A DNA stretch of 63,721 nt, filler included, from Choristocarpus tenellus KU-1152 (Eukaryota; Protista; Phaeophyceae): assembly GCA_964200185.2 (NCBI GenBank). It is 10 parts of 10 records of this genome, joined end to end, with 100 filler letters (N's around TTAATTAATTAA, not from the genome) between each part and the next. Parts side by side here need not be neighbours in the genome. Positions count along the whole stretch, not along the records: positions 25,698 to 29,938 come from CAXNAD020015527.1; positions 30,039 to 46,543 come from CAXNAD020000816.1; 8 more parts are not named here. One strand, written 5' to 3'. Numbering within the stretch: position 1 is the stretch's first letter; every line of letters starts with the position of its first letter. The notes under the pieces are model-generated. The model was not told the origin of the DNA and did no database searches. It worked only from the letters and a program-made list of their open reading frames with translations. Made by a program: the position numbers and the translations under genes. Below, piece by piece: positions 25,907 through 37,829 of this stretch.

Positions 25907-26151
25907 AGAGTGTATAAGTTCTGTCCTGTTTGTCCGCTTGGGGCTTGGCTTCCAACGAGTTCCTTACGACATTTTCCTATTCCGACATGTTTTGGAGTAG
26001 GTACATGTATATGTTATTAAAATGTGTGTCTGGAACAGGGATATTGATACTTCCTAACAAACCACATGATAGCCAAGATTACATAAGAATCGCAACATTG
26101 GATTTTGGCTCCCAAATGGATGCAGCTCTACCCTCTAAGATACTTTGACTT
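25907..26151 (-). mobile_element. MITE family A, one end degraded
   Basis: Reverse complement of the A interior ending TACCCTCTAAGATACTTTGACT. Confidence 0.85.
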
Positions 26152-27524
26152 TCACAGAACTCAACAATTGACCTGGTGATGTGTAATACCATGTAAGAAG
26201 GAACCAATTCTCAGTGGTGATATACATGTGTATGTGTATTTAAACTTGGCAATCTACTATTTCCCATCACTAGGGTTGTGAATGAATAAGGTATTGCGAT
26301 GTAGGATGATTGCTACCCGAGATAGTTTTGTGATTGCTGGATCTTAGCTCGCATATATAGAAATGAACCAAATGACTACCTGTGCTAGGCACCATAAGAT
26401 TAATCTTGGGGAGGGCTAGACCTGCATTATTCTCCTCTCATATTGGTAGGTAGAGCTCTACTACTTATCTACTTGCGCCAAATGAACAGAGATGAGGGTT
26501 CCACCCAGCTCCTCCACATGACTCCTGACAGAGTTACATCCGCGATTGAACCTGTTTATTTGAGTGTAATACTCCTGCACATTGTATAGGAAGAGACTCC
26601 AATGGTTGATTCCTCCTCCCATCTCGAATGTTTACTCTGCTGGTAAATCAGAAGTAATCAAAGCACTTTCCTTCCTTCCTTGAAGTGTAGAAATTCTCAA
26701 GAACAGCCCTTCTAGTGCCCTTGTCTCTGCCTCTGCTAGCACGCACTGTTGCAGACAATCGATTCCACTTCAACTCATGACCCCCCATAGGCTATTGCTG
26801 CCATAGCTTCCGGTGCTGATACGAGCAACACAGCAGCCATTACCGTCAACACTACCAATGGTGTCAATGATCAACCATTAGAAGTGGGACGCATTGCCCA
26901 AAGCATAAGACCCTCATCTCATGGACTTGAAGACCTTTCTGGAAGCGCCTCATCAGAGGGAGCTGACGCAGCCTGTGGTGCTCTAATCAAGGAGGTGAGA
27001 TTATTGCCTCCAATTCACATACCTCCTTCAGCACAGTAATCCGTTTTTGTTCGCATCCAGATGTGCTTTCAAAGGGTACTCACGTCGAATTTGAGGTGAA
27101 TAAAATCGTTTCAAGTGCAGATGGTGCTGAAATTGCAAGGAAGAGGATCTTTCGGGGCGTTTGCACGCATCCTATTGGCTGATTGTGCCGTCTAGCCTTC
27201 TACGATTTGTGGGGTATTGCTCTTCTATCCCTCGTCCAACCTGGCATGACTATTGAAATCCGCAGATGGAGATGGCGATAGAGGCTCAGTCCGAGGAGGT
27301 GGATAGGCTGCGTAATGAGGCTGCTAGACTTAGCAAAGAGACAGAAGGGTTCAAACAGGTGGGAGGGGGGAAAGACCTGAGGAATGTTGAGGGTGCATAA
27401 AGCCATCCACTTGAGAAAATCTACGTAGTGAAGAAGATTACTGGACAATTCCATTTTTTTCAAGTGTTACTGGGGGAGTTTGTGCCAGTCTATGAATGCT
27501 TCAACACACCATTCCGATTATGGT

Positions 27525-27782
27525 GAGTCAAAGCTTTTAAGAGGGTAGGGCCGCGTCCATTTGGGGTCATGAATCCAATGTTGCAGTTTTGATGAATTTT
27601 GGCTATCATGTTGGTTAGCAAGTGTCAATATCCTTGCCCCAGGCACACCTTTCATAGTGATACACATTTTATGTAACTGTGTTCAAACAGAAAACCTAAA
27701 AAGGGCATAAAAAACCCGTGGGAAGCCAAGCCCCAAATAGACAAACAGGGCAAAACACCTACCCTCTTTAATGCTTTGGGTC
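27525..27782 (+). mobile_element. MITE family A variant
   Basis: GAGTCAAAGC...GCTTTGGGTC; flanks TGGT / AGGT. Confidence 0.88.
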
Positions 27783-27891
27783 AGGTTTTTGTCTAAATAT
27801 TTCCACCCTGACCAAACAATGAGGGGTTAGGATGAAGCAGATGGAGCTCCACGAACTAGTAGCATTATCTAACCTGTTTGAAACTCTAGAT

Positions 27892-28056
27892 GACCCAAAG
27901 GGGGGGGGGTCTACATCAGAGTGTCTATTTGGACAAAACCAGGAAAAGTGCACTTTCATTATCCATCCGACGTATGGAACCAACTCACCCAAAATCGCGA
28001 CATGAAAAAATTGGTCCCAAATGGACAGCCGCCACCCCCCCCAGATACTCTGAGCC
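27892..28056 (+). mobile_element. MITE family B
   Basis: GACCCAAAG-polyG ... AGATACTCTGAGCC; GAT duplicated. Confidence 0.9.
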
Positions 28057-28625
28057 GATGCTGCTTTTCGAGTTGTGATATCAATCGAAAGATGTCTTTT
28101 TTTCTTTTTTTACCTCATTGACATGTGTACACCCATATTATACCACTATCTCCTAAGATCTATCACTATTCTCAAACTACTCAACATAGCCTTTCAAGCT
28201 CGTCCTTGACCCAATAATGATGGGGAAGACAAAGTATGTGATGCTCCATCTCACACATGGAAAGCGCACAGAGTCATGAGGGCAGTTTGTCAAAATATGT
28301 ATATACTAATACAAAACATATCAACTGCCACTTTATCTCTTGTCTAATAATAAGTATCCAATCTAATCATTGCCACAGTAGACAAGTTTTTTGGGGGGGA
28401 TAGTTCGTAATTCAGATCTAATGATAGATGACCTCAAGGACAAAAACGTTTCTACGCATGTGCCAGCAGAGTATCGGGTAAAATTTTGTTCATGAACGGA
28501 AATGATGGTCTCACCCCCCCTGGGCCAAATGCCTTTTCAAGGCCTGTTCCATGGATGGCAGAGAACATGCCATGTGAACTGTTCTGATATTTGAACCGAG
28601 ATATGATCTCAGCACCCTTTTGATA

Positions 28626-28915
28626 GACCCAAAAAGTATCTTTAGAGGGTAGGGCCACGTTTGTTCAGGGTGATGAATCCAATGTTGCAATTTTGATTAA
28701 TTTTGGCTATCGTGTTTGTTAGCAAGTGTCAATATCCTTGCTCCAGACACCCCTTTCATAGTCATATACGTTTTACCTACTCCAATACACTTCGGAGCAG
28801 GAAACTGTGTTGACAGAAAACCGAAAAAAAAAAACATCGAAAACCCATGGGAAGCCGAGCCCCAAACTGACGGACAAACAGGGCCAAACTCCTACCCGCT
28901 GAAATGCTTTGGATC
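28626..28915 (+). mobile_element. MITE family A variant
   Basis: A-type interior with GACCC...GGATC ends; no clear TSD. Confidence 0.85.
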
Positions 28916-29731
28916 AAAGGTTTACCTGAATGGTCTCATCATTTTGTGCGAACATGCACCTGCAACCGCCCTACACTGTTGTTCAATTGTTCAGGAGTGG
29001 CTAGAAAGAGGACAATTTTTTCTAGTGTGATGTTGCAAGATAGATTGACACTATGGCTATTCCATTGGTCAGTGAGGATTTGTATTGCTTATCGTATGAC
29101 CTGTACTCTCAATCCCTACCATTTTGGGGGGGGACTCTGTATGCATCTTGCCTTGTGATGCAGAGGTATCGTAGAAGTCATCAACCTCTTGCTGTGATAG
29201 CTCTACATGATAGACACCTCTCCCAATAACCACACGACACATTGTGTCTGCTGTTTCTGCCATGACTCCCAAACAAATCTCTGTGTAAGATAAAATCCCG
29301 CCTAGTGATTTGGAAAAGGGTTCACATAAAGAGGGTTCATACCCTGGTTTTCAGCTGATTCATGCTCCCTCATGAACCTCTGTGGGTCAATGAAAGTGAG
29401 GGGTACCCAGAGTTACATTTTAAGGATGCTGATAGCTAAGTGCAAAATTCGATTTAGTTATATAAATGTGTACAGGATATTTTCTGGACTGTGTCGGAAA
29501 AGGTTCCATACAATAAAAAAATTATTGTTCTCAAGTCAAAACTTAGAACTTCATCCATAAAAGTGTGAGTGAATTGTAAAAGGTATTAAAAAATGTCGTA
29601 AAATACAGAACGGCCATAACCCGACTACCTCTCATTTATTTTGGCTCACTGCAGCACTACAATATAACTGGAGATAGCAACCATTGCTGTCATAGGTACT
29701 CCTCACAATAACAAACCTCGATACGACTATG

Positions 29732-29938
29732 AAAGGTGTGTCCGGAACAAGGATATTGACACTTTCTAACAAACACAGTAGCCAAAATTACATCAAAACC
29801 GGAACATTGGATTTATGATTCCAAATGAATGTGACCCTACCATCTTAAATGCTTTGACTCTCATATACTTTCCAACGGCTCAAAGTATTCGAGGGAGGGG
29901 GGGGGCTACACTAGGGTGTCCATTCGGGTCCTCACCAG
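29732..29938. mobile_element. Partial family A copy (29732-29860, minus) and start of a family B copy (29877-29938)
   Basis: A interior ending GCTTTGACTC, then GGCTCAAAGTATT...GGGTGTCCATTCGG. Confidence 0.8.
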
Positions 29939-32900
29939 NNNNNNNNNNNNNNNNNNNNNNNNNNNNNNNNNNNNNNNNNNNNTTAATTAATTAANNNNNN
30001 NNNNNNNNNNNNNNNNNNNNNNNNNNNNNNNNNNNNNNGACCTGATATTGGATCATCAGTTGATGCGTCATATATGACATGTATGATAAGTAGATATGAT
30101 TCTTTTCTGATTATCCATGTGGACGTTGCAAATCCCACATGGTAGTCTGCACTGGTCTTACCCACGTTCTCAGTCAGCGGAATCGAGACCACATGCCCCC
30201 TGTAATTTAACCTTACTCATCTACATCAAGCTGTTCTTTGTTCTTCATTAAAGCACCATAAAAGTCGTGGGTCCAGTGTGGGATAGTTCAACAGCTAAAC
30301 CCAACCAATCAAATAAACAAACCACTTCATTCCTCTTGGAAATTTTAGTCACACGCATGACACATACCGTATATTCAAAATATTCTACCTCTGAGAAAGA
30401 AATCACGCATCCTCCTATCCCACAATGTACTTGAATAAAATAATGATGGAACTCTGACGCTGACCACTCCGACACGTTTGGCCAGACAAACAGCATCAAT
30501 AGACTATTAAATTAGCACAACACTATCTTTCTATTTGATTCCTCACATAACAAACAAAATATGCAAAAAAGAGAAAGCCAAGTACTTCCTTCCCATCTGC
30601 TGCCCTTTTTACTTTTCATCTCTAGTGAATTGCGCGATACTGTTATTACCGACCACTGCCACTCCTATCAACGCCAATACTACCACTAATAATACTAACA
30701 CTTTCCTCTACAAAGTCTATTTCCAATCTCTAGTAACCACCAGGCGATGCATTCTGTACTCTATTTGATCGAACCTGCCAAAGCAAAAAAGAGAAAATGA
30801 AACACAACATGTAGTAATCTGTACTGCAATTACTATAATTATATATAGGGAGAGAGAGAACAGGAAGGGACATTTCTTGCTTCAAGCAACACAATGTGGT
30901 CAGATAAACACCAAAGTCTAATCGCAACAATAATTTTCCATCGCAGTTGTACAAAACAAGGACTTGGTATATGATGTACTCCAACCACGATGCATGATAC
31001 AGGATACACAATATCTGATATTTGTGGTGATATGTACGGTAATGTCGAGCAGTTTCTTCTAGCTGGGTACACAGTGTATGATGCAACCACTAATATAGCA
31101 ACAAAACTAAATATATCCCACCGTAACATCATTATCATCCACAACCGTATGACATAAACCCTTCGCCGTTCAAGTATTGAAGACAAGGTTAACCTTGTCA
31201 CACGCAGGGATATTGCATGCAACAACAGGGAGAGGACATTCACCTAAGAAAATGAATAGTGTCTAACAAAAGAATTAAAAAGAAGGGTGGTGGTTAGAAG
31301 TTGGTACTAGTAGTAAATTGAGTTAACTATGTCATTTGTTGGTTGGCCCTGAACTGCATCCCTTAAACAGCAACTTCCATTGACCAGTGGGTGGTCCTTC
31401 ACATTCCAGACAATCAATTCGATACATTCAGTCGCAGTAGTCCTATCCCCAAACCACCACTAGTATCGTACACGGGAGAAGTATATTTTTATTCCTTCAA
31501 TAAAAAATAATAAGAATATTAATACCATTGTACCTTCATCAGCGTGCCAGAAAAAAAATAAATTGGAACAACCTCTCCATTCAAGCATTCATGCACGTTC
31601 TCCAACCCTTGGTTTCTTTATTATCAATATCATTGTCAATAGCTTAAGAAGAGCAGTTCACGAAACAAACCCTCTGGGCTGAAATCCATTGACACATAGC
31701 TGACCTTCTGTTGGTTCAAGTTGATGTATACTACAAACTGATAACAACATTGAGGGAGTCTGACAAATGGCGTCACAAATGCATGTCTTACCTATTTTCC
31801 AACCCAGTTCAAGACCCTTGATCCCCTTGTCAATATCATTAACAGCACCATAGTCCCATTACAACAAGATAAAAAAACACCATCATAGACTGCACAATTG
31901 TATTTTGGCGGGTAGTGAAAAACAAAGTCGTTTCTTAATTGCACTGATTCAATTCAATTTTCACGTTAGGGTTAGGGTTAACAACACATTACTTTCTTAT
32001 TCTTTGTAGGGAGTTGGGTCACATGCCTCAGTTTCCTTCCCCCCCCCTCCAAGTCTTCCTTCCTACCTTCTCATGTACTTTATTACCTTTGAGTTAAAGA
32101 CACGCTGCTTCCTGAGACACCACCAAGGAGGGGCGGGGCGTATGCCTCGAAAAAATAATACTTGCTATCATTTTATGCACTATGCCAGTTTTGTTAAACG
32201 TAGCAAGTGTTCTCGAATAGTAAGGTTGTCATCCTTCGCTTCACTTCCCTTCTTCTAGTAAGTGTCAATTCAGTGGTAGGTGCTAGTGTGCAACCCTGGT
32301 TAGCACAATATAAGACAGCATATGGCCATACACATGCACACACACACCAAACACACCCATATGCCCTTGTCCTCTGTACAGCTGTAATTGATGTCATTGG
32401 ATACTCTGATGGCAAGGGAGGGGAAAAGGTCTGCCCTAGACCCCTGTATCCCCACTCTCCCCCTCGAGACTTACTTGCCTTGCATCACCTTTTCATTCTC
32501 ATAGTTCAGGAGTACCCACCGCTTGGAGAGGCGTGTCTTTCCTTGACGGTTTTGCAAGAAGAGGAAGCGTATGTATCTGTGCCATGGAAATAGCGTTATG
32601 TCAAATGTCATGCCACGCTCACGCAGACAAGACAGCAGACGAAGACAAAAAATGCAACTTATTACCAGTGACTTACTTGACCATACGGTTAAAGTACAGG
32701 CCAAGGTTAGCAATGGATTGTGTCGCATAGGGTTAGGCTTATGCTAAATTAGTCAAATACCTTCCAATCCACAAGTCTACACTCTATCAGGAACACCTCC
32801 CGAGAGGTGAAAAAAGTCCGTCCTCAAGGTCAGTCCTTGCCCACGATTCCTCCTCAGTCACACGATGGATGACATATTCGGCGGGGTGAGGTGAGGGGTA

Positions 32901-33719
32901 GAAGGGACCTAGAGATAGCTTGTTGTATGACGATCTGAGCGAGAAACTTCTTCGAAATACTACAGAACCATATCAGGCCGACCGGAACGCATTGGTATCA
33001 CTGCACGATAAACCCTTTTCCATTGTCATGACATCATAGTTAACTATACTTGATACTGCTTGAATGTGTGCCCTTACAAAGTCGACTTTTATCTATCGAC
33101 CACGGTCCAATTCAGAATACCCCCGCTCCTCGTGAGGATTTTCTAGTGAGACATGCTGGTGACAAGGGTCGTTGTCAAGAGCCGTGCACATAACATAGCG
33201 CCCAGATCTGGGATGGATAGTTCCAAAACTTGATTGGGAACTCATGTCGGGCAAGATCTAACCAGAAGAAAAACTTAGTATAGCTGAATGATCACGAGGT
33301 CGGTTGGACCCAGAGAACCTTCTTGCTCGCTAGTGCCTCCACGATATATTCAAAAACAGTGAGGATGCACAAGAGAACCGTCGCGAATGGTTGGGTAAGA
33401 ATATTTGAGCATTGAAGTCAACAAAAGACTCACAACAGCAACCTCTCAGGACACGATGCTTTGAACTCTTAGCCATGGGAAAATGTCTTTGTGCACCATG
33501 GTCACGGTGTCCACAAAGGTCACTTCTGGCGACCACTACATCGTGGATGATCTCTTCTCCCTCTGGTTGTTAGGTCTTCAAATCGATGTAATGGGAAAGC
33601 CCAACTCTCCGTATCATTTTTTGAAATCGGACGAGTTTTCGCTCTTGCTCCTCCAGTGGAGCTCGAGGCAAGAAGGTAATTTACTAATTCTCTTCACGGC
33701 GCATTCCACCTCAACACCT

Positions 33720-34200
33720 TCGTAGTGGAAGGTCTTGGGCGTCTCGGCAAGCAAGTGGAACATTTTTTAGATGAATTGGCTACACATTCAGAGGGGGAAA
33801 CAAAGGGCAAGAGTTCAGAACAGGAAAGGTGCGCTCAAATCCCGCGTACGACAAATTGTGTACAAGTGACTCTTTTGAGAACCGTCAGGATGTTTCAAGT
33901 TAGAGAACCAGGCACATGAGCAAAGAAGGGGCCTATCACGTTCTTGGGATGCTTACCTAGCTCCTCCCCCACTTGTTTGGGGCTAAGTTAGGTTAGAGGC
34001 ATAGCAACATTGTACACAGAACGTTGTAATTTCCAACGTTCAAGGGAGTGCTGTAGTATTTGTAGTACATTCAAACAGTAAGTAGTCTTTGGACACGCAT
34101 CTTTCACATTTACGACAACTTCTGCTTTTGCGGGGGTCCTTGTGATATTGACTTTGCTTTTCCCCACACAAATTGCAAAATTTCAGGGGAAAAAATAATG
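33720..34200 (+). mobile_element. 3' fragment of the CRE-like LINE
   Basis: VEGLGRLGKQVEHFLDELATH and the shared 3' UTR (GGGCTAAGTTAGGTT, TCTTTCACATTTAC). Confidence 0.75.
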
Positions 34201-37092
34201 TATATACGCTCCATCTCGTTTTGGTTTCGTCTTACAGCACATGATTCCACCGTTCTACTTGTATATACACATCAGTCACCTAACGGTCACATGGTTCAAC
34301 CACAATATGAACTCGCTAAATTAAACAATTCAGCTGCCTCAATCAATTTCCTCCACTCAATACACAGTCCCACAAGGAGAGAAAACAATGTTGCATTCAC
34401 AGTAGTTGATATATCTCACTGCCAATAATCAAAGAAATCTATCCCGCCTCACAACCCCTTCTTCATACAACAAAAAATCCCACGTCACCCATTTTGTTAC
34501 GGTCTGAGTCTCTGCGCCAGTACACCATTTCCAGAGGATTGAGCGACCCCTTGGGAAATAGTACATACTTTACTCTGCACAGAAGTTTTAAATCGTGATT
34601 TGCTTTCGGTTTACTCTCCTCGTTACGGGAATATAGTTACAAACGTTTGTTTGTTCGTGAGATGCCTATTTCTACTTCTATTTTTCAACTTCTCTAGACT
34701 CCTCCCCAACAATTTTATACCGGAGGTTTTCCGATGATAGGATGGGGACAAGGTAGATACCTTTTCAGTCCAGAACCCTATAATAAACGTAGTAACCCAC
34801 ACTCCAAAAACAAGTCTGTAACGCATTTTCCACCTACAACTTTCCTACGGTCATGAAACGTCATGAAACGTCATGCGAGGAGTGGAGTACAAAACATGAC
34901 AATGAATGCTCGCCTACGACCATACCTGTACGAGAAAATGGGTATGCAGCTAGGGAAGTTGAACTCCCAACCAAGCAAGGCATGAAAACTCGTCGGCTCG
35001 TCCATCGTAATACCCGACCGAGGTGAAGAACGGCCAAGATAACACAAATACTTGTAGTCGAACCAAATCCTCGAACGCAAGGAGGAGGAATAGGTCGATT
35101 CGTGTAATGGCTATCCTTTTCCGATCAACGGTGGTGGTGGATAAATCTGCCCCATCTAACCTCGGATTTCGTTTGCACTTGATATGAGCAGAAGCTTGCG
35201 CATATATTATAGGGAAGACAGATGATTTCGCTGGGACTTTGCTCGCTTACAATAGGATCTCCATCTCCAGAACAATCCCCCTCCTGCTTTGCCGCTTAAC
35301 CTCCTCCCCAGTCTGCTCGGGTCGTCGATTATTCATCGACATGGGCTGGGCCGATGGAATCCTACGCTTGATGCTATGGGTAATAAAACACGTGCACATT
35401 AGTGATGCCGACTGGGTGCTTAAGGGCTTCACGCTGTCCGAGGCCTACTGTCTCCGTGACCGATCCGTCCACGAGACCGCGTCATGCTTAGCGCTTGTGA
35501 AGAAGCTAAGCCAGGTAACATATACGTCCAAGTCATTACCTACGGTCCCAGCAACGTAAATGTCCGACTCCTAGTGGGTTGCTCGCTTCTAGGTATGTGT
35601 GTCCTGATTCATGACCGAACTTCTCTAAACCTCGATAGCCTGCTTCCCTTTCCGGTGGCTGCCATTACTATTGCCACTAGAAGCTCATTTTATCTCCACT
35701 TATTGTTGCTGCTCAGTTCGACCTTCTTTATCGCTGTGCTATACCCTTTGCCATCGTTTATATGCAGGAGAACGACACGGTGGCAAAAGGCCCATTTTTT
35801 GGCCCAGCGGATGTCGTGTTGGTCTTTATTTTATTTGAACTTGTGGCTACAATTACATGCCATCTCAGGAACAATCGTCTACCAGATTCAGGGACCGAGA
35901 AAATAAGTGGTCCCCCCGGACGGGTGGATGCCTTAATCTCAGGTGTGCATACTGCTTGACTACTTCCTCTCTACCTTGGTGTACACGTAAGTCCCTTCAG
36001 AACATACACGTCCCACCAACCATAAATGACCTCTGTGCCAAGGAAACTACGGTCCTGCGTTCACCTTGTCCAGAAGAATCCCCTGTGATCCTCCTGCGTC
36101 CCAGATGCTGTCATTTCCCATGGTAACATGTGCCTTCACCATTTCTAAAATTTCCCTAAGGCACTGACATCACTTTCTATCCTCGACAAGACATCCGTGG
36201 AATCAGGCCGGGACACCACCTGCAATTCCCCCGTGCAATGTTTATCGAGAACAGAGTCTGGAATGGGCAGGCACAGGTTGCTGGCTTCACGATGAGGGGG
36301 TCAGCGCAAGGTAGATACCCTAGGGGTATCCTGACTGTGCGACCCCTTCCGTCGACAACTGGTAGGTTTTGCCTGCCCGAACTCTCGACACATCAGCGAA
36401 TCACGCTTATCCTGTGCACACTGTGTGACACCCTGCCCCAAGCTATTGTGGTTTACGTCTCAATCTACCAACAAGGTGTGGGGCATGTCAACCGCAGAGT
36501 GACTCGCGCAACACTGCTCCTCTTCAAGAGGGGTCGTGGTGAGTTTCAAAGATAAATGGTATTGAAATTTATTGTTCTGGTTCAATACCCGGACTTCATC
36601 TCATGGTAGTTGGAAGGCAATGGTATTGAATGGGCATCTAGCTCATCCCATCATTGGGAGGTCGCTCGGTGAAGGCTGACTTTAAGCGTAATTCTACAAG
36701 ATCTGCATGCTACCTCATGTCTAAGGATGAGGTATTAACCCACATCTTCTTGTTGATTTATCTTGTTGTGCTTGATTGCACTCCTGAGCCAACGTCACCT
36801 TGAACAGTAGCATGCCTTCCTTTTTCCTTTCCACTATGTCGCACTATTTCTCAATCACGTATGAGCAGAATCATTGGATGTTCTTCACGAGTATGCATCA
36901 TGGATGTTTGTGGCAAGAGAGGGTGTTGTGAACCTCGGGTGTCTGCATGGTGTGCAGTCCTTCTTACTTTGGGGGCACTCCACACAGGAGGCAATTCCTG
37001 TGAGTGACATACCAAATGCTGTGGAGCAGAAAATAAGCCAAATATTTGGTACTGTCATAAGCTCGGCGAGAACTCGTAAGGATCACTACTGA

Positions 37093-37434
37093 TTCTACAT
37101 CACATCACCGATCCTTACCCCCCAATATATATAGCAGATATGGTCGAGACTATCCCTGCAAGGTATGCACCATCTCCAACAGGAAGATCACCTCTGACTT
37201 CGAGAGCAAACCTTGATGTTGAAGTTGAAACTTGTCTCTCAGCGCTGAGGGGCATGAAGTTTAACTGGGTGGAAGACTCCACATGATGAGAGACCGGTTT
37301 TAACTTTCGACATCAAGGTTTGCTCTCGAAGTCAGAGGTGATCTTCCTGTTGGAGATGGTTCATACCTTGCAGGAATAGTCTCGGCCATACTTGCTTTAT
37401 TGGGGAGGTTGGGATCAGTGTTGTGACATGAGAA
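37093..37434. repeat. Long inverted repeat (arms about 37093-37241 and 37287-37434, 45-nt loop) derived from a calcineurin-like exon; candidate hairpin RNA
   Basis: 37169-37219 is the exact reverse complement of 37310-37360 (51 nt); 37314-37382 aligns without gaps to 44619-44687. Confidence 0.9.
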
Positions 37435-37829
37435 CAATATGGATCCTCAAAGGTTGTTGCCAAACACCTGGTATTCCACACAGGAGGGAATCCCAGCGGC
37501 TGACATACAAAGTTCTGGGGATAGAAAACAAGCCCCACGAAATTCAGCTTGAAATATTTTGTTAAAACTCAGAGTGCCTTTATTGCATTCTTTCACACAA
37601 TTGTTTGGGGGCATTCCCTTGGGACATTTTTCCTGTATCTACGTAAGCGCTATCCTTCCATCTTCTCCAGCATGCAAAAGGAAGGAAGAGGGCTGCTTGC
37701 ACCTTTCATTCTTTTTGACAAATCCACTTGGCCATCTCCCTTCGCTCCCCTTGTCTCCAATTCATGGCAACTCTTCTCGCAACATTGCTATCGCTCCTGC
37801 GCTGCCACCGCTTTCCCTTGAAACACACC

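Noticed and set aside
32500-36550. Possible LTR or DIRS retroelement
   Set aside because: Looks like decayed coding sequence, but no RT, integrase or recombinase motif and no LTR pair could be identified.
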